Numbered from the stretch's first letter, positions 28,590-44,689 are shown. The stretch: DNA of 64,000 bases from the human T2T-CHM13v2.0 reference genome, Homo sapiens (GCF_009914755.1 NC_060932.1); one strand, 5' to 3'. A program made the numbers and translations. Notes: generated by a model not told the origin, from the letters alone.

Positions 28590-30322
28590 TTAAGAAAGAA
28601 CCAAGCTGAACTTCTGGAAGTGAAAAATTGACTACAAGAATTTTATAAAACACTTAGAAGTATTAACAGCAGAATAGGCCAAGCTGAGGAAAAAAAATCT
28701 CAGAGATCGACAATTGTTTCTTTGAATCAACTCAGACAGATAAAAATAAAGAAAAAAGCATTTTTTTTTTAATGAACAAAATCTCCAAGAAATATGAGAA
28801 TATGTAAAGTGGTATAGTTTGGATGTCTGGTCCTCTCTAAATCACGTGATAAAATGTGACCTCCCATGTTGAAGGTGGGACTGGTGAGAGGTGTTTTGGT
28901 CATGGGGGTGGATCCCTCATGAATGGCTTGATGTCATAATCAGGGTAATGAGTGAGTTCCCACTCTATGAATTCATGCAAGATATGGTTGTTTAAAGAGC
29001 CTGAAACTTCTTCCCCTTTCTCTTGTTTGCTCTCTTGCCATGTGACATGCTGGCTCCCCCTTCACCTTCCACCATGAGTGGAAGCTTCCTGAGGCACTTA
29101 CCAGCAGAGAATCATAGTGTCATGCTTCCTGTACAGCCTACAGAACTGTGAGCCAAAATAAACCTCTTTCCTTTATAAATTACCCAGTCTTAGGTATTTA
29201 TTTTTAGCAATGCAAATGAACTAACACATAAAGAGACCGAGCTTATGACTCACTGGCATTCCTGAGACAGAAGGAGAGAGAAAAAAGCTGAAAGCAACAC
29301 ACTACCCAACTGAAATTATACCTATAAGGCTACAGTCACCAAAACAGCATGGTGCTGGTACAAAAACAGACACACAGGCAAATGCAACAGAATAGACAAC
29401 TCAGAAGCAAAGCCTTACACTAGCAACCATCTGATAATGACAAAGTTAACAAAAACAAGCAATGGAGAAAGGACTCCCTATTTAATAAATGATGCAGGGA
29501 TAACTGGCTAGCCACATCCACAAGAAGGAAACTAGACTCCTATCTTTCATCATACATAAAAATTAACTCAAGATGGATTAAAAATTTAAATGTAAGACCT
29601 CACCCTATAAAAATTTTAGAAGAAAACCTAGGAAATACCCTTTTTGACATCTGCCTTGGCAAAGAATTTTGGGCTAAGTCCCCAAAGAAATTATAACAAA
29701 AACAAAAACTGATAAGTGGGATATAATTAAACTAAAAAGCTTCTGCATAGTAAAAGAAATTGTCAATATAGTAAACAGACAATCTATAGAACGGGAGAAA
29801 CCATTCACAAACTATGCCTCTAACAAAGGTCTAATATCCAGAATCTATGAAGAACTTAAACCAATCAACAAACAAAAACAAATAACCCCATTTAAAAAGC
29901 AGCAAAAGACATGAACAGACATGTCTCAAAAGACATACAAGGAGCCAACAAACATGTAAAAAATGCTAATTATCAGAGAAATGCAAATCAAAGTCATAAT
30001 AAGATACTATCTCACATCAGTCAGGATGGTTCTTAAAAAGTCAAATAAATAAATAATAGATGCTGTTCAGGTTGTGGAGAAAAGGGAACCCTTATATACT
30101 GTTAATGGGAATGTAAATTAATCCTGCCTCTGTGGAAATCAGTTTGGAGATTTCTCAAATAACTCAAAACAGAGCTATCATTTGACTTAGCAATTATTGG
30201 GTATACACCTAAAGGAAAATAAATCATTCTACCAAAAAGACAAATGCATTCATATGTTCATTGCAGCACTGTTCACAATGGTGAACACATGGAATCAACC
30301 TGGGTGCCCACCAATGATATAT
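28590..30322 (+). mobile_element. L1PB-like element (ORF1 piece joined to ORF2 3' part), interrupted by MST
   Basis: ORF1-like aatgaacaaaatctccaagaaatatgagaatatgtaaag|agacc; ORF2-like aaggctacagtcaccaaaacagcatggtgctggtacaaaaacagacac. Confidence 0.88.
28810..29228 (+). mobile_element. MST-family (MSTB/C-like) solo LTR
   Basis: TG...ACA termini, 5-bp TSD TAAAG, ggtcatgggggtggatccctcatgaatggctt core. Confidence 0.9.
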
Positions 30323-32625
30323 TGGCAGATTTAGCTGGTTCTGTTATTTTTAATTCTTAAGAAGATATATGAAGTAAACTTGATATTTAATACCTGAGTG
30401 TCTATTGATCTCTATTCTTCCTTATATTTTTAATTATTTCATTATGGAAGAGTTCTTTAAACTCTTTTATACTCTTAAATATGATAGGTCATATCAATTT
30501 ATTAAAATATCTTATTTTTAAAATTATAATTAGCTTTATAATATTTCAAAAACAGTAAAATAAATTTACATTAGCATTTACCTAAAATGAATATTTATTT
30601 ACTAAATGTATGAGAAAAAAATATCTAGAACATTTATCTTTGAATCCAGAGAAGGGACTGAAAATGATTCATTGGGTAGGTGAAATCTCTTGTGCTAAAT
30701 TTTCCTTGAATTTGATTCTTTAAGATTATAATTCACTAAATACCTACTAGGTAAATTCACAGTTTTTCTGAGGAAAACTTGCCTTTTCTTTGAATAACTA
30801 AATTCACATTTTTTCCTAATTCTAAGCAACACAAGTTTCTGAGAATTTTAATCTGATTTTGTGTCTATAATAAAACTTGTTTTTTCTCTGTTTCTCTGAA
30901 GACACTGTCCATTCACCCTGTAACATTTTGGTTAGTCTATCAGCATAGATCTGAGTACATTGGAAAGTTTACGGTATTGTGGCAAAAAAAGAAAAAACAA
31001 AAAAAAAGACAAGAGAGGACTAAATCCTATAGTCATATGTGCTTATTTATATATTTAACCTAAATCAATTTACTAGTAAACGCAATGGTGAAATAGAAAA
31101 TTAATATTTGTAACGCCTGTTGGATGTACTGAATTAAGAAAAAAACACAAATATTGAACACAAAATAAAACTAGTTATTTTTACTGACTATTCTTAGGTT
31201 GTAAACACAACATTCTTTGCTTAGGAAAAATAACAGATTAAAAATTGATTCTGATCCTGGAGAATAATATTGTCATTTAACCTATAAAATAAATGCCTTT
31301 GTGGTCCAACTTGTTAGAATGATTGGTCTTGAAAGAATTGACATAAAATATGAAATTATATTTTTATTGCAGATGATAGTGGAAGAACCTATTGCCTATG
31401 GATTCTAAGCAGTGCTTCTTAGATATGCTTATTACAAATAAAAGTTAGAGTTGTATAACATAAAATTTCATAAGCACAATATAATAGTCAAAATACATGA
31501 GAAGTATAGATCAGAGCACATCTTGCTTTTAGAGACAGCACTTTCTATTTTCACATGTGAAATGATATTTACTACAGTGCAATGACTGATATTCTAAACT
31601 CTATGCATTTTATCTTTTTAAATGAGAATACAACATAACTGGTAGAAATATTTGTTAAATACTACTCACATAAATCTCTTCTCTCTTCCCAAATCCCCTG
31701 AAAATGGCAGAAAAAGATAAATGTTGGCTGACTAAATAATCCCAGTTCACAAAATGGGATTTAACTTTCCCCCCTACATCAAACTCTATGTATATACTAG
31801 GTATACATCTTACTGTAGGTATATTCAAGAAAAATTAGGGTTTTTCTCATACCTGTTATTGAAATAATCCATGCTGAAGGCTATATACCCTGCTTTTAAA
31901 CAAAAATTTTGGTCTCTGATAACCTTGGGACACAGAATTCTTGATCTATATCATTGCTCAGAATAGGAGGTAAGTACCTCCTAAAACCTCCTAAACCCGT
32001 GTTCTTGCTTTTGTTTAAAAACAATACTTGTTATAGATAATTTCTCACTGGCCATCTCTTTCTTTAGTTTCTAGCATATTACCATGTTACTTGACTCTTG
32101 AAAGCAGAAGCAGGTATCGACTCCTTCTTTTTGATGGAGAAAAACTGAGAGGAAGGCTGTCAATCAAACGACGCCACTTTTTCTGTCACAGAAGTGGACA
32201 TAAACCTAAACTGGAAAGAGTAATCCTATTTCTCTGGGCTCAGTCACAGATGGGAGATGGGCATGTAAGCCAAACAAGACCAGAAATAGTTAACTTTTGG
32301 GAATTTGTATGGAAACTGGAAAAGAGATTTTAAGTTGTAATCCATATGCTATCAAAGACCAATGATGTTGTGCTTAGATATAGATGTTTACCTAATACTT
32401 CCCAATACTCCTAAATTAGAAAAAATATCAATTTCTAATTTGCAAACTACATATTAAAATATTTTTCTATCCAAATCCAATCAAAAGGAACTAGAACTGC
32501 TAATTCTATCCCATACCATTTCACCTGTCTTTGCATAGTTAATGGCAATTTACTTCACTAGCTAAACAGAAGGGAATAGGATGACTCAAGAGATTGGTAA
32601 TGAATTATGAAGCCACTATCATCTA

Positions 32626-33030
<405 letters not shown>

Positions 33031-35350
33031 TAACACATTTATTTCAATTTAATGCTACTGTCTGATGGACATTCTGAATCACATGAGGTAAATTAATAGT
33101 CAATGTCCTTATCTTATAGACAGACATTCACAACACAATCTTTACCACATATACCCCAAACCCTTAAATGATGCAGTGATAGGTGCACTAATAATATTTC
33201 TATAGAATTATCAATTTCAATTGAGAGGCCAAGGATTAAATAAGCTTGGAAATTGAACAAACTTCTAGAAATTCTGGAAAGAAAATGTGGCTCTGAGAAC
33301 AGAACCAATGTCCTAGATTCTCCTTATAGGCAGAGGTTTCTAACCTTGGATAAATCATTCACTTACTGTTTGCTTAATACAGACATTCAGAGAGAGATGG
33401 CTGATTAAATTAAGATTGAAGTAATGACCAATCACCAGATTTTTTAGTGAAAATGTAAGGTAGGTTTTCTTTGTGTGTACGTGGCATTGATATTATTTAC
33501 ACTTAGCAGATCACTTGATACAATACTCATCATTTGAAATAATTGTGTTCTTCTGTGTCTAACTATTCATTAAACAATCCATTGATCGCAGTATTCAACC
33601 TGTGCACTGAACTAGCAATAATATCTCTACCTCCTAACACAAAGGTGAATATTGTATCCAAGTGGGAAAGTGGTGTCCACACTGAAGATTGTGATGTTTA
33701 CCCCTATTCAACAACTAGGATCTTTTCTGAGAATAAATAACTAATCTCCAAATTTTTGGAGGGTAGAGGGGAATTTATAATATTAGTTTTCTAAACAATA
33801 AACACCAACAGCACCACTCCTGGAGACCAGGTATTAGAGGAAAGGGAGGAAGACACAGTCAACTATACCTTCCAGAAGTCTCTTCTACAGTATTACGGTA
33901 AATAAATAACTGCAGAAAAACAGGCTGAATATTTGGATTGGAATAAATAGTAGCAGAAGAATTCTTTCTTCTAAGCCCTCAACAGACCATTAGTCTTATC
34001 CTTATCTCTGTGCTTGGTGTTAGTACTTTAGATGCTACATATATCCAGTTTTTCTCTGATGATGTAACTTTTTTTCTAACCTACTTGATCAGTGTATTCA
34101 TTAAACAGGCATAATATTACTGTTAATGTATAAGGAATACATAAAACATATTTTTCTTTTAAAAATGTATAAATAATCTCACAGTATCATGTTACTGGTT
34201 TAAATTATGGAAATAAAAGAAAAACTGAGTAAAGAGATCTTTAATTCATCACCTTTTGAATTTGTTTTATTATGATGGAAACCTATGGTGATAGTTTGAT
34301 GACTATGTACTTGTGTTTGAAGTTTTGTACAGGGATAAGTAATCTGGGCCATTTTTTACATATTGCATGAGGGTAAAAACTGTATATCAGTTTGTAATAT
34401 GCAGATATACATGTAATTACATAGACATATATATTTACATTTATATGTGTGTATGTCTGCAAATTGTATACAATCCAACATAAACACATATCTTGGCACT
34501 TATTATAGTTACTAAAAGCACATAAAACTCTAATAAATTTAAGTAGTGTGCTGTGCTTATGTAAAGGCAAATTTTGTGACTAATACTGTCCATCTCTCCC
34601 TCAAATTAGTCTAAGGGATGAAAAAATGGAGAAAAAAAGAGGTAGGGATTCTTTTCAAAATCTTGTTTAGAATTTTCCTCTAAAATACTATACTGTATTT
34701 AAGAATATGTTTTTAATGATCTATGTGTAAAGGACTGTATGCTTTTTCCATAACCTTATAAATTGGTATTTTACAAAGAGCATGTAAAAGCCTTATATAT
34801 TTTCATATATTTTTTACATTAGTTCATTTGACCTATTTCCTGATGTCGTATCTTCAGTCTCTGTGATGCTCCTGCTTCACCCTCAGGTCTCTGATAATAA
34901 CATTAGTCCCTCTTTGTGTTAATAACATTTGCACATTATTTATTTGTCACAACCCTAAGCTTTCTCTCTCAGACAGAATTCACATTCAGTTTCTTGTTCT
35001 TCTCATAGGTATGAAATAAAGAACTTCCACTATCTTCTCTGGTCCACCAGGCCCCTTCCTCTTATTACGGCCTGGCCCAAAATTAAAAAAAAAAAAAAAA
35101 AAAGACAATAAGAGGCAGAACTAACCTATTAAGATCTTCCTACATTTTACAAGCAGTATGTGTGTTTTTTCTAGTATATACTTATTGTCTCTGCAACCCA
35201 TGTTTATGGCACACCAAGTGAATTTTACATTGTGAAATAAATGTTTTTGGGTACAAGTTGGAATCAAGAAATTCTGAAGACCTGAATAATTTGTATGCAA
35301 AGTGGTTCAGACCCTTTGTTATTATACGCTTCATTGTCTGCTGGTCCTCA

Positions 35351-35760
<410 letters not shown>

Positions 35761-36274
35761 TCTAAAAACCAAGACATAAAATGAAAGGTCTCATCTCATA
35801 ATTTTAGAGGAAAAACGTATTGTTTAGAAATATGTATTAATATATCTAAAATATGCTATACTTCCCAAATTGACATAGTATGGATGATCTTTGTTTCTGA
35901 TAATGTAACAATGAGAATTATGTACTGACTTATTGGTCACAAAAATATTCCAGAGTTGTTTTATTGTGCTGAAGTCATTCATTAGTGTCTTATTACTGAA
36001 ACACATTATTTTTCTCTAGGCATGTATATATGCTTAAGTTGCTTCATTGATTCCAGTTAATCCCGTATCTTACAACTATGACATCTTTGAACTTTGTTCC
36101 TGTGTTTTGATTCATTTTGGCCTTATAGATTCCATTTAAACAAACAAATCTCAAAACATACTTGACTCATATTAGACTCCTAGAAAATACTATGGAATTG
36201 TGCTTATTGTTTCTTATTAATTTAACCATGAACCATTAAGTTATTCCTAGTGATTTTGTTTTATATATAGTGGC

Positions 36275-36679
36275 TGATAGAGTTTGAGTGTTTGCCCTCT
36301 CCAAATCGCATGTTGAAATGTGATCGCCAATGTTGAAGGGAGGGCCTAATGGGAGGTGTTTGGGTCATGGGGGTGGATCCCTCATGAATGGCTTGGTGCC
36401 CTCCTCATGGTAATGAGTGAATTCTTGTTCTGGGTTCATGTGAGATCTGGTTAGTTAAAAGAGCCTGGAGGTTCCTCCTCTCTTTCTTGCTCCCTCTCTT
36501 GCCATGTGATATGCTGGCTCCCCCTTTGTAAGCTTACTGAGGCCCTCACCAGAAGCTGAGCAGATGATGATACCATGCTTGTACAGCCTGCAGAAACATG
36601 AGCTAAATAAAGCTATTTTCTTTATGAATTATCCAGCCTCAGACATTTCTTTATAGCAATGCAAAAACGGACTAACACA
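36275..36679 (+). mobile_element. MST-family solo LTR
   Basis: TGATA...AACACA termini, imperfect TSD gtggc/gtagc. Confidence 0.9.
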
Positions 36680-37526
36680 GTAGCTTTTTCATCTTTGAAA
36701 AATTTTCTCTCCTCTTCTCCTGAAGAGATGTCACATAATCTCTTTTGGGAAATATTTTTTCTCTTTCCAAAATATTATAATCTGTTAAAATCTTGATATA
36801 AACATTGCAATGGGAAATATCTCTTCTGGAATATAAAGGAAACACTGCATGAATCTGAATGCATGTATAGGGAGTGTTCTTTCTTTTCAGATCATTGTTC
36901 CAAAGTAATGAGCATTTTCTTTTGTTTTGGTGGTGGATAACATGGAGTAACAACATGTCTTTACAAGTCTTCTCTCCAAATACCCATTATATATTTCAGG
37001 ACTAAGAATAAATATGATTTAAGAAATAAACACAGTTTAATTCTGTTTTTTCGACGTTAAATTGCTTATCAGCCCATAAGCCAGAATGGTGTTGAGATGG
37101 CTAATGTTCCCGCTCCTCTCTTAATTAGAGAAACTTTTTTTGTTAGGGCTTATGATAAGTTTTTTCAGAGAACTCCACAGGAGAGTTTTGTGTTTTAACA
37201 AAGTTTATAGCTGGATGGATGGGGCTGAAGGAGTGGTATTTCAAACACCATCCACATTCAGGGGAAATGTTGGGTGTGTTATAAATTTTCAATTCCTCAT
37301 TGAAATCCTAGGTATAAATAATATTCCATGTTGCTTTTGGGGAAGGTATACACCTATCTTCAGGAAATTGCCAATGTCAGAATGAAAGCATACAGTATTA
37401 CATTTATATTAAAGATGTTTTTCAACTATAAAACAAGTGCGTATTTAGAATTTACTAAGAAAGCTTATTCATTGCATTTAACAAAAAGGAGAAGATACTT
37501 TTTTAGTCTTAACATATGCAAAATAG

Positions 37527-37838
<312 letters not shown>

Positions 37839-38059
37839 AAAAAATGACTCTTAAAACTTTCTCCAATTACATAGAAATCAGTTTAATAACATTTTAGCAA
37901 ACATTTGATTGCCTCTTTCAAGCCAAACATTCTAACTTTAAGGAACAAAGAGAGACTGAAAAAATAGAATAATAGAAGAAAGGAGAAATAAACAATTACA
38001 AAAGTAATTATGACATGGAAGACAATTTTTGTACCAGAAATATACCACCAAATGTAGGA

Positions 38060-39400
38060 TAAATTAATTTGGAGTAGAGGTTAAGGGCCATGATTCTGTT
38101 CAGGTTGGTCAGAGAGACAGGCTAGATCAAACAATGTTGAAGAGATAGAAATTTGTTAGACAAATACAATGAAAAGAATATTCTAGTTAGAGGAAAACAT
38201 GTAAGAAAAAAAACAATATGTGGAGTAGTTTAGTGTACTCATTAAATAACAAGTGATTTAGTGTTTTTTCAGCATAGAATTCAGAGAAGTTGAAGGAGAC
38301 TAATGTGAAAAGACAGATTGGACAGATTAAAAATGGTTCCATTCATCTATCTATCAACTTATCCTTCCACCACTGAATTATATACCATGCTATAAAACTT
38401 GAACTTTGTTCTCAAGTCTAAGGGAGACTTTCCTGAGTTCTGTCAACACTCAGTGGATTTTGGATTAATGAGAGACAAGTTAGTAGAAAAAAAAGACCAA
38501 TCATGAGTCTACTGGAAACCTAACACTGAATTACCAAACAACTAATTATTGAATTATAAAAGAGAGTATCTCGTAAGTTATTAATATAGAGTATCTTATA
38601 TATGCTGGATTACATTGTACCCTATTATATTATACTATTGCATAACTATGTATTATAAGGTCTCATAATATCATACACATTATACACTCTAACATTCTAT
38701 GTGCTTTATATATAATATAGAGAATGTCACATCTATCCTATTTGCTACGAAGTACATACTTTATATTTCATTCTTTAATTCATCATATACTCTATATTAT
38801 AAAATGCCATATATAATACAGTATAGTATGACATACAAAGTACCATATATTATGAAATACATATAATATATATGTAGGAAGCTGTATCTGGAAACAATTT
38901 CTTCAAAATAATAAAGGCTATCAGTAATATTTGTTTGGTCGATTTTAAAAAATACTCCTTGTACTTTTTAGTTATTTTCACTTAATGTATATTATTTTTA
39001 CAAATAGTGACTTTTAACATAATATTCAACTGTGTTAATCTAGCAAAAGATTATAAGAACCCTAAAGTGAGACCACTGCATGTGGAAAATGTAAGTAAAA
39101 TTTAACAGGCATTTTGGAGGTAAAAGTAACAATGCTTGATGCTTTATCAAACATGGGCACAAAGATACTGAGAGTTTGGTACAACTTTCAAGGGTTCTGC
39201 TTTAGGTTAGTAGATTGGTCAATGAATACGAGAGAAAATAAGTGGAGTACAGAGGCAGATGAAATAGAAGAAGTTAGAAGAAACATGAACAAGAGGTTGT
39301 CCGGGAATATTTGCAAGATATCCAATAGAATATCTAGGCCCAGATCTAGGAGTAGAGTATGAAGCTAGAGATATAATTTGAGGAACCACAAAAATATATG
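38060..39400 (-). mobile_element. L2 fragments separated by a TA-rich low-complexity block (~38580-38870)
   Basis: Purine-rich L2 antisense motifs gaatattctagttagaggaaaac; gaactttgttctcaagtctaaggga; ctagagatataatttgaggaacc. Confidence 0.6.
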
Positions 39401-39485
39401 AATTTGTGTAACTCCCACCAATAATACTATGATATGTATTTGATTATGTCAATTTTTATGTTACAAAATGATAATGCTACTAAAT

Positions 39486-39923
39486 ATTATAGACTCAATT
39501 ATGTATCCCCCAAATTCATATGTTGAAACCCTAACCTCCAATGTGACTGTACTTAGAAAAAGGACTTTTAAGAAGGCAATTAAGATTAAATGAGATCATA
39601 AGGTTGGGTCCCTAATCCAATAGAAATAGAGTCTTTATAAGAGGATGAAGAACCACTAGAGCTCTCTCTCACCACACACACATACACAAACACACCTACA
39701 CATCCCTCCCCTCCCACACACACACAAAAGACCCTGTGAGGACACTGTAAGAAGGTGGTCATCTGCAAGCCAGGAAGAGAGGCCTCACCAAAAACCAACA
39801 ATGCTAATACCTTGATCTTGGACTTCCAGCCTCTAAAACTGTAAGGAAATATATTTCTAGTTTTTGTTTTGTAAGTCCCCCAGTCTACGGTACTTTGTTA
39901 TGGAAGCCTGAGCTAACTAATAC
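39486..39923 (+). mobile_element. MLT1A0-like solo LTR with internal (CA)-rich expansion
   Basis: cccccaaattcatatgttgaaaccctaacctccaatgtgactg...ccttgatcttggacttccagcctc...ctaactaatac. Confidence 0.88.
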
Positions 39924-42364
39924 TCTAGCATAGGTATTAGAAATGACCATCCTGCATCAAGTCTCCTATGTATACTGTAGGTTTTTTCAATACATAATTT
40001 TAAATCTTCACTTACTTCCTAGAAGCAGAAACTGAGAAGAATGTTTAAATAACATGGCCAAGCAGTAAGCAGTGGCAGGGATCATACTCCAAAAATATGA
40101 CTCCATCCCTGACCAGAATTATTTCCTTAGCCTCACCAAATAAAGGTGGTGAACAATTATAGATAAGAGGGACTGGAAATTGCTGTTAGAATCCACTGTA
40201 GCCTTGGCATTGTTAAATTTATGTAAGTACAAATAGCAAACTATACATTGTTCCAATGTTTAAATCCACATATAAATAATATACACATAAATAAAGTACG
40301 GTTATATGTGCTCTTTGGCAATAAGAAGGTCAGAAAAAAAGAAAAGTTTAATTAGAAATAATATCTGCACCTAATTCAATAGGTAGGCAAAGGAATGGGA
40401 ACCAGACAGCAAAAGAAAACTAAGAAGATGGGACAGAATTGGAGACAAATTTGTGAGAGGAGGGAAGAACTCTTCTAGGGGGAAGAAGGGATCATTTTTC
40501 CTTCCTTGCCTACCAGTGGGATGGGGAAAACAACAAGAAGATGTTAGTAAATTTCTTGCTATTTTTGACTTTGAGCAGATTTACATGACTTTGATTCATT
40601 TTGATCCAATTTTGCCGTTGCTAGAAAATGAATAAGAAAAGAACAAATTATGTTGGATGAATCTAACTTATCAGTATGACATGGAAGATCTCTGTAACGG
40701 CTCTGGCTTTATGATACCCGACAGGAGGGAGAGGAATGGCATTGCACTATTCATGTGGATATTGTGTTTCTCTGACTGCCCTTTATTATACTGCAAGTAC
40801 AGTAGTTTTCACTTCCACAAACTGGGAATAGTTCCAGAGGAATGCATCTGGATAACATTTGCTCATTACCCACCCCAGAAAAGAATTAGTCAGCAAGGGC
40901 CCTATTCATAAAAACGAATTCCATCCATTTCTACTTGAATGTCACATCTTTATGTAGAAAAAGTGTGGGGTGAGCGCTTTTTTCTACATAAAGAATGCTT
41001 TTCTGTGATTAATGAATCACTCTCCCTATCCAATATGTAAGTAGACACTTCTGATTATATACCTGAGGGAGCTCAAAGAATACAGATCTAGTGAGAGGGG
41101 CGTGATGGGGTATTTCTGGATTGAATTGAATCCTTTCTGAAAATGGGTAAGGTGGAAGGTACAGATTTCAAGATAAATGCATGCTTTTTAAACTATATAA
41201 GAACTATAACAGGATATCTTGAACTTAAAAACTTATATTCATTAATCAGGTGAAAGTTTTAAGAATCACAGTTTCTGTGAACAATCTGTGGTTACTAGAT
41301 CCCAGGCTGTCAATCTGGTGTTTAACATCAAGAAATCCTAATTCCCAGAAGTAAGGAGTTAATCTTAATGGAGTAATATAGTTTTAATCAGCCCATAAGG
41401 TTCATAAATTGGGTTGATTGGAATCACATCATTAGACAGTGAATCTGGGCAAATTTTTAATAGTCACCAAGGGTGCCTGAGATTTATGACCTAGCCAGTT
41501 TATTATTTTCTTTTGGTTGAGTGATCATTTTAATGTCCTGTGACATACAGTGTACCTTGCCTACTGTGGAATTTGCTCAATGACAAAAAATTTTAACATA
41601 CCATAAGTCCAGATTGTTACATTTCAACTACAGTACCGAATTAAATGTTATGCTTTACTTCAGGCACTTCAGGGAGATGAAGTATTTTATTGGCGATATT
41701 TAATGTAGTTCCAACTGTTGTGTTAAGGCCCTGCATAAAACAGGCTCATGCTAAGATGAATATTGCCAAACAAAAGATTAAAACACCTCCAGAAACACTG
41801 GAAATTTAAAGAATGTATTACCAGAATGGCATCTTAGGCTATTCGTGTTGTCATTGCTGCCATGTTTACTATAGAGGCACAGCTGACTTTTTAGTCGTAC
41901 AGAACTGCAATAAACACACATATGCACGCACAAGGAACGTAGGCATGTAAACTTTACATGTCCACTTGAACATTTATGATTTAATCTATGCTATTATTAA
42001 GTGTATGTACATACTCTAAGAAAACTCTTGGGCCAAAGTCTCTCCATATCTTCCTTCCTATTACTACAGTGTGGTAGAGTGGGATTCTGATATCAGAAAA
42101 GGGGAGTACAACAGAATCTCCTTCCCGCAAAAGTGAGTAAACTCTACAAGTACCTGTGAGCACTTTTCAGGGGACTGATTTGATGGAAAATATGCAGATT
42201 TAAAGGGAATGGAAGCTACATCACTATAAAAATTCATTTACTAACCCTAGTTATACTACTACTATGGAAGTATCATATAAAGAGTGGTTCCAGGATTAAA
42301 TGAAACCTCAGGTGTGAAATTGTAAGGATAAAAATATAAATAAGAATCGTATGACCCACTAGGT

Positions 42365-42585
42365 GTCAGACATCTTAGTAATCACTTTGCATCATTTAAT
42401 TTATCCCCATGATAACTGGATGAAGCAAACCCCATTTTCCCCAATTTTAAATAAGAAAATTGAGAGCTAACAAGGTTAAGTTACTTATGTGAGATCACAC
42501 AGTTAGTCAGTGCACCAGACTAGAACTCAGTTCTAGGTGCATCGGATCCCAAGCCAGCAATCTTAAAAACACATTATGTTGCCTC
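42365..42585 (-). mobile_element. MIR SINE
   Basis: ccccaattttaaataagaaaattgagagc...ggttaagttactt...gatcacacagttagtcag. Confidence 0.8.
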
Positions 42586-43959
42586 AGGAGTAATCACGAC
42601 ACCATCAAATTTTATAGTTGGCAGTCATATTAGGCTACAGGCAATTACGCTCTCTTTCCTTTTAGCCATTTAAAGCCTAATTTGATTGAGCTATTAACTA
42701 GTATGTCATATAATTAGTTTTATTCTTGGCTAAAAACAGAGGTCTGCAACCCAGGTCCATGGAAAATGGAACTGGTTTCAAAAGCACTGCATGGCACTGC
42801 AGGTGCAATCTGCCTACCTTTCTGATGGACTCAAGAGAATTCACTATTTGCAGGCCCCATATAAAACCCTCTTAGTGGTAAATATTGTTTCTTCATGTAT
42901 TCTTTCATAATCTACCTTGTTTTAGTGACTCATCTCCCCAGCATTACATTCTCTCTCATTTTTCTCAAACCATAGACTCCCAACCCCCACCATAGGCTAA
43001 TAAAATGGTCTTTTCTCCTCATCCAATCATTAACCTAGGGCCTCAAGAAAAGTTACCATGGGTTATCTGATAATGACTAACAGAAAAATGAATCTATTCT
43101 CTTCTGCATGGCTGATAGATAAGGAATGCATGATTACTACTATTCTTATAAAATTTAAGGTCTTTGCACAAAGACATATGGTTTAAATAGATAATGAAAA
43201 ATAAACAAATAAAAGTCTAACTTTCTGTCAATCTTCATCAAACAAGGCAACTGGCATTTTGATTTCAAAATGTCTTGTAAAGACGACTTATTGGCTACAT
43301 AAATAAAAATGCGTATATCTGCAATTCAAATATCTGATTTCAAATAATCAGCCACAGGCCAAAAATGCTGGTAAGATCACTCACAGATGTTTCACAGAAA
43401 TTGAGAGAAGAGAGGTCAACATACTGTAAATACATATAGTTGTCCAATGCTTCTCTGGCCAATTTCCTCCTCAGCAGAATACATTTAGTGTAATAAATGT
43501 TTCATCTGGGAAGCTTTCCAGATTCATCATTAAAATATAAAAGTAAGCACAGTTTTTCTTTGTGGATCTTTTTTCCATCACAATATCATTCACATCTCAG
43601 AGGCATGCTGAAATGTGTTGGTGACTACAAAAGGGTTAGAAGAAAAATGCGAATGTAAAAGAAAGAAATAAAAAATTAATAGAAGGGTATAGAGTTTACA
43701 AAGAAAAGTCCTCACTTGTGGAATAAATTTAAACTCTATGTCTCATTGTCATAAGCTCAATGACAGCACGATACATTAACCACGCATTTTTTTTTTCTGA
43801 TGATGCCTTTTTTCTTCTTTGACATGAGCAAAAATTATCTCTTCACTAAATTTCTGTAATATTTGTGGACTATTCTGCCTTGTATTGTTACACATTTTTT
43901 TATCAGACTTTAAATTCACTGGAGCTGAGAAGCATGTTTTAGATTCTATGAATTCCTCA

Positions 43960-44324
43960 TTGACCTAGGATATCATAACAAAATACCATAAACTGGATAA
44001 CTTAAACACAACTCTGGAGGCTAGAAATTCATGATCAGGTGCAAGCATGGTATGGTCCTGTTGAGAGCTCTTTCCCTGGCTTGTGGCCAGCCACTCTCTC
44101 ACTATCTGCTCTTGTGGCTTCCTCTTTATGTACTTCCTTTGAAAGAGGAAGCTCTCTGCCATCTCTTCTTACAAGTGCACTAATCCCATCACAAGGGCCT
44201 CATCCTCATGGCCTCATCTAAATCTAAATATCTCTCAAAGGTTCTATCTGCAAACACTATCACATAGGGGGTTAGGGCTTCAACATAAGAATTTAGGGGA
44301 GACACAAGCATTCAGTCCATAGCA
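43960..44324 (-). mobile_element. MLT1A/B solo LTR
   Basis: cataacaaaataccataaactgg...ggggttagggcttcaacataagaattt...ttcagtccatagca. Confidence 0.85.
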
Positions 44325-44689
44325 CTCGTTCCACCTAGCACAGTGTCTTGCACATTGAAAATAATCTGTACATATTAGCTCATGGATTGAATTAAGGAGA
44401 GTTAGTTTGCATGATTTTCACAATCAGAAAAAAACATTTATCAGAAGTTTTTGATACTGGGATTAAAGAATCTGAGTGAAACCTTAAATAAGGGAGGGGA
44501 AATTTCGCTAAGAATTGGATTCAAAGGAAGACACCTTAGGAAGAAAAAAAAAAAAAAAGAGAGACTCAAGGGGGAGTGTAGAAGGAAACCTGATGGTTAT
44601 CATCCTATTATTCTGCCTAAAGAATCACAACAGTCAAAAAGTCTAGAAAACTTGAATTATTTTTCTAATTGTCTAAAGCACTGTTTTTT

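Noticed and set aside
35085-35103. Isolated poly(A) runs (also 4530-4558, 21785-21798) as processed-pseudogene tails
   Set aside because: No TSD or recognisable upstream mRNA-derived sequence
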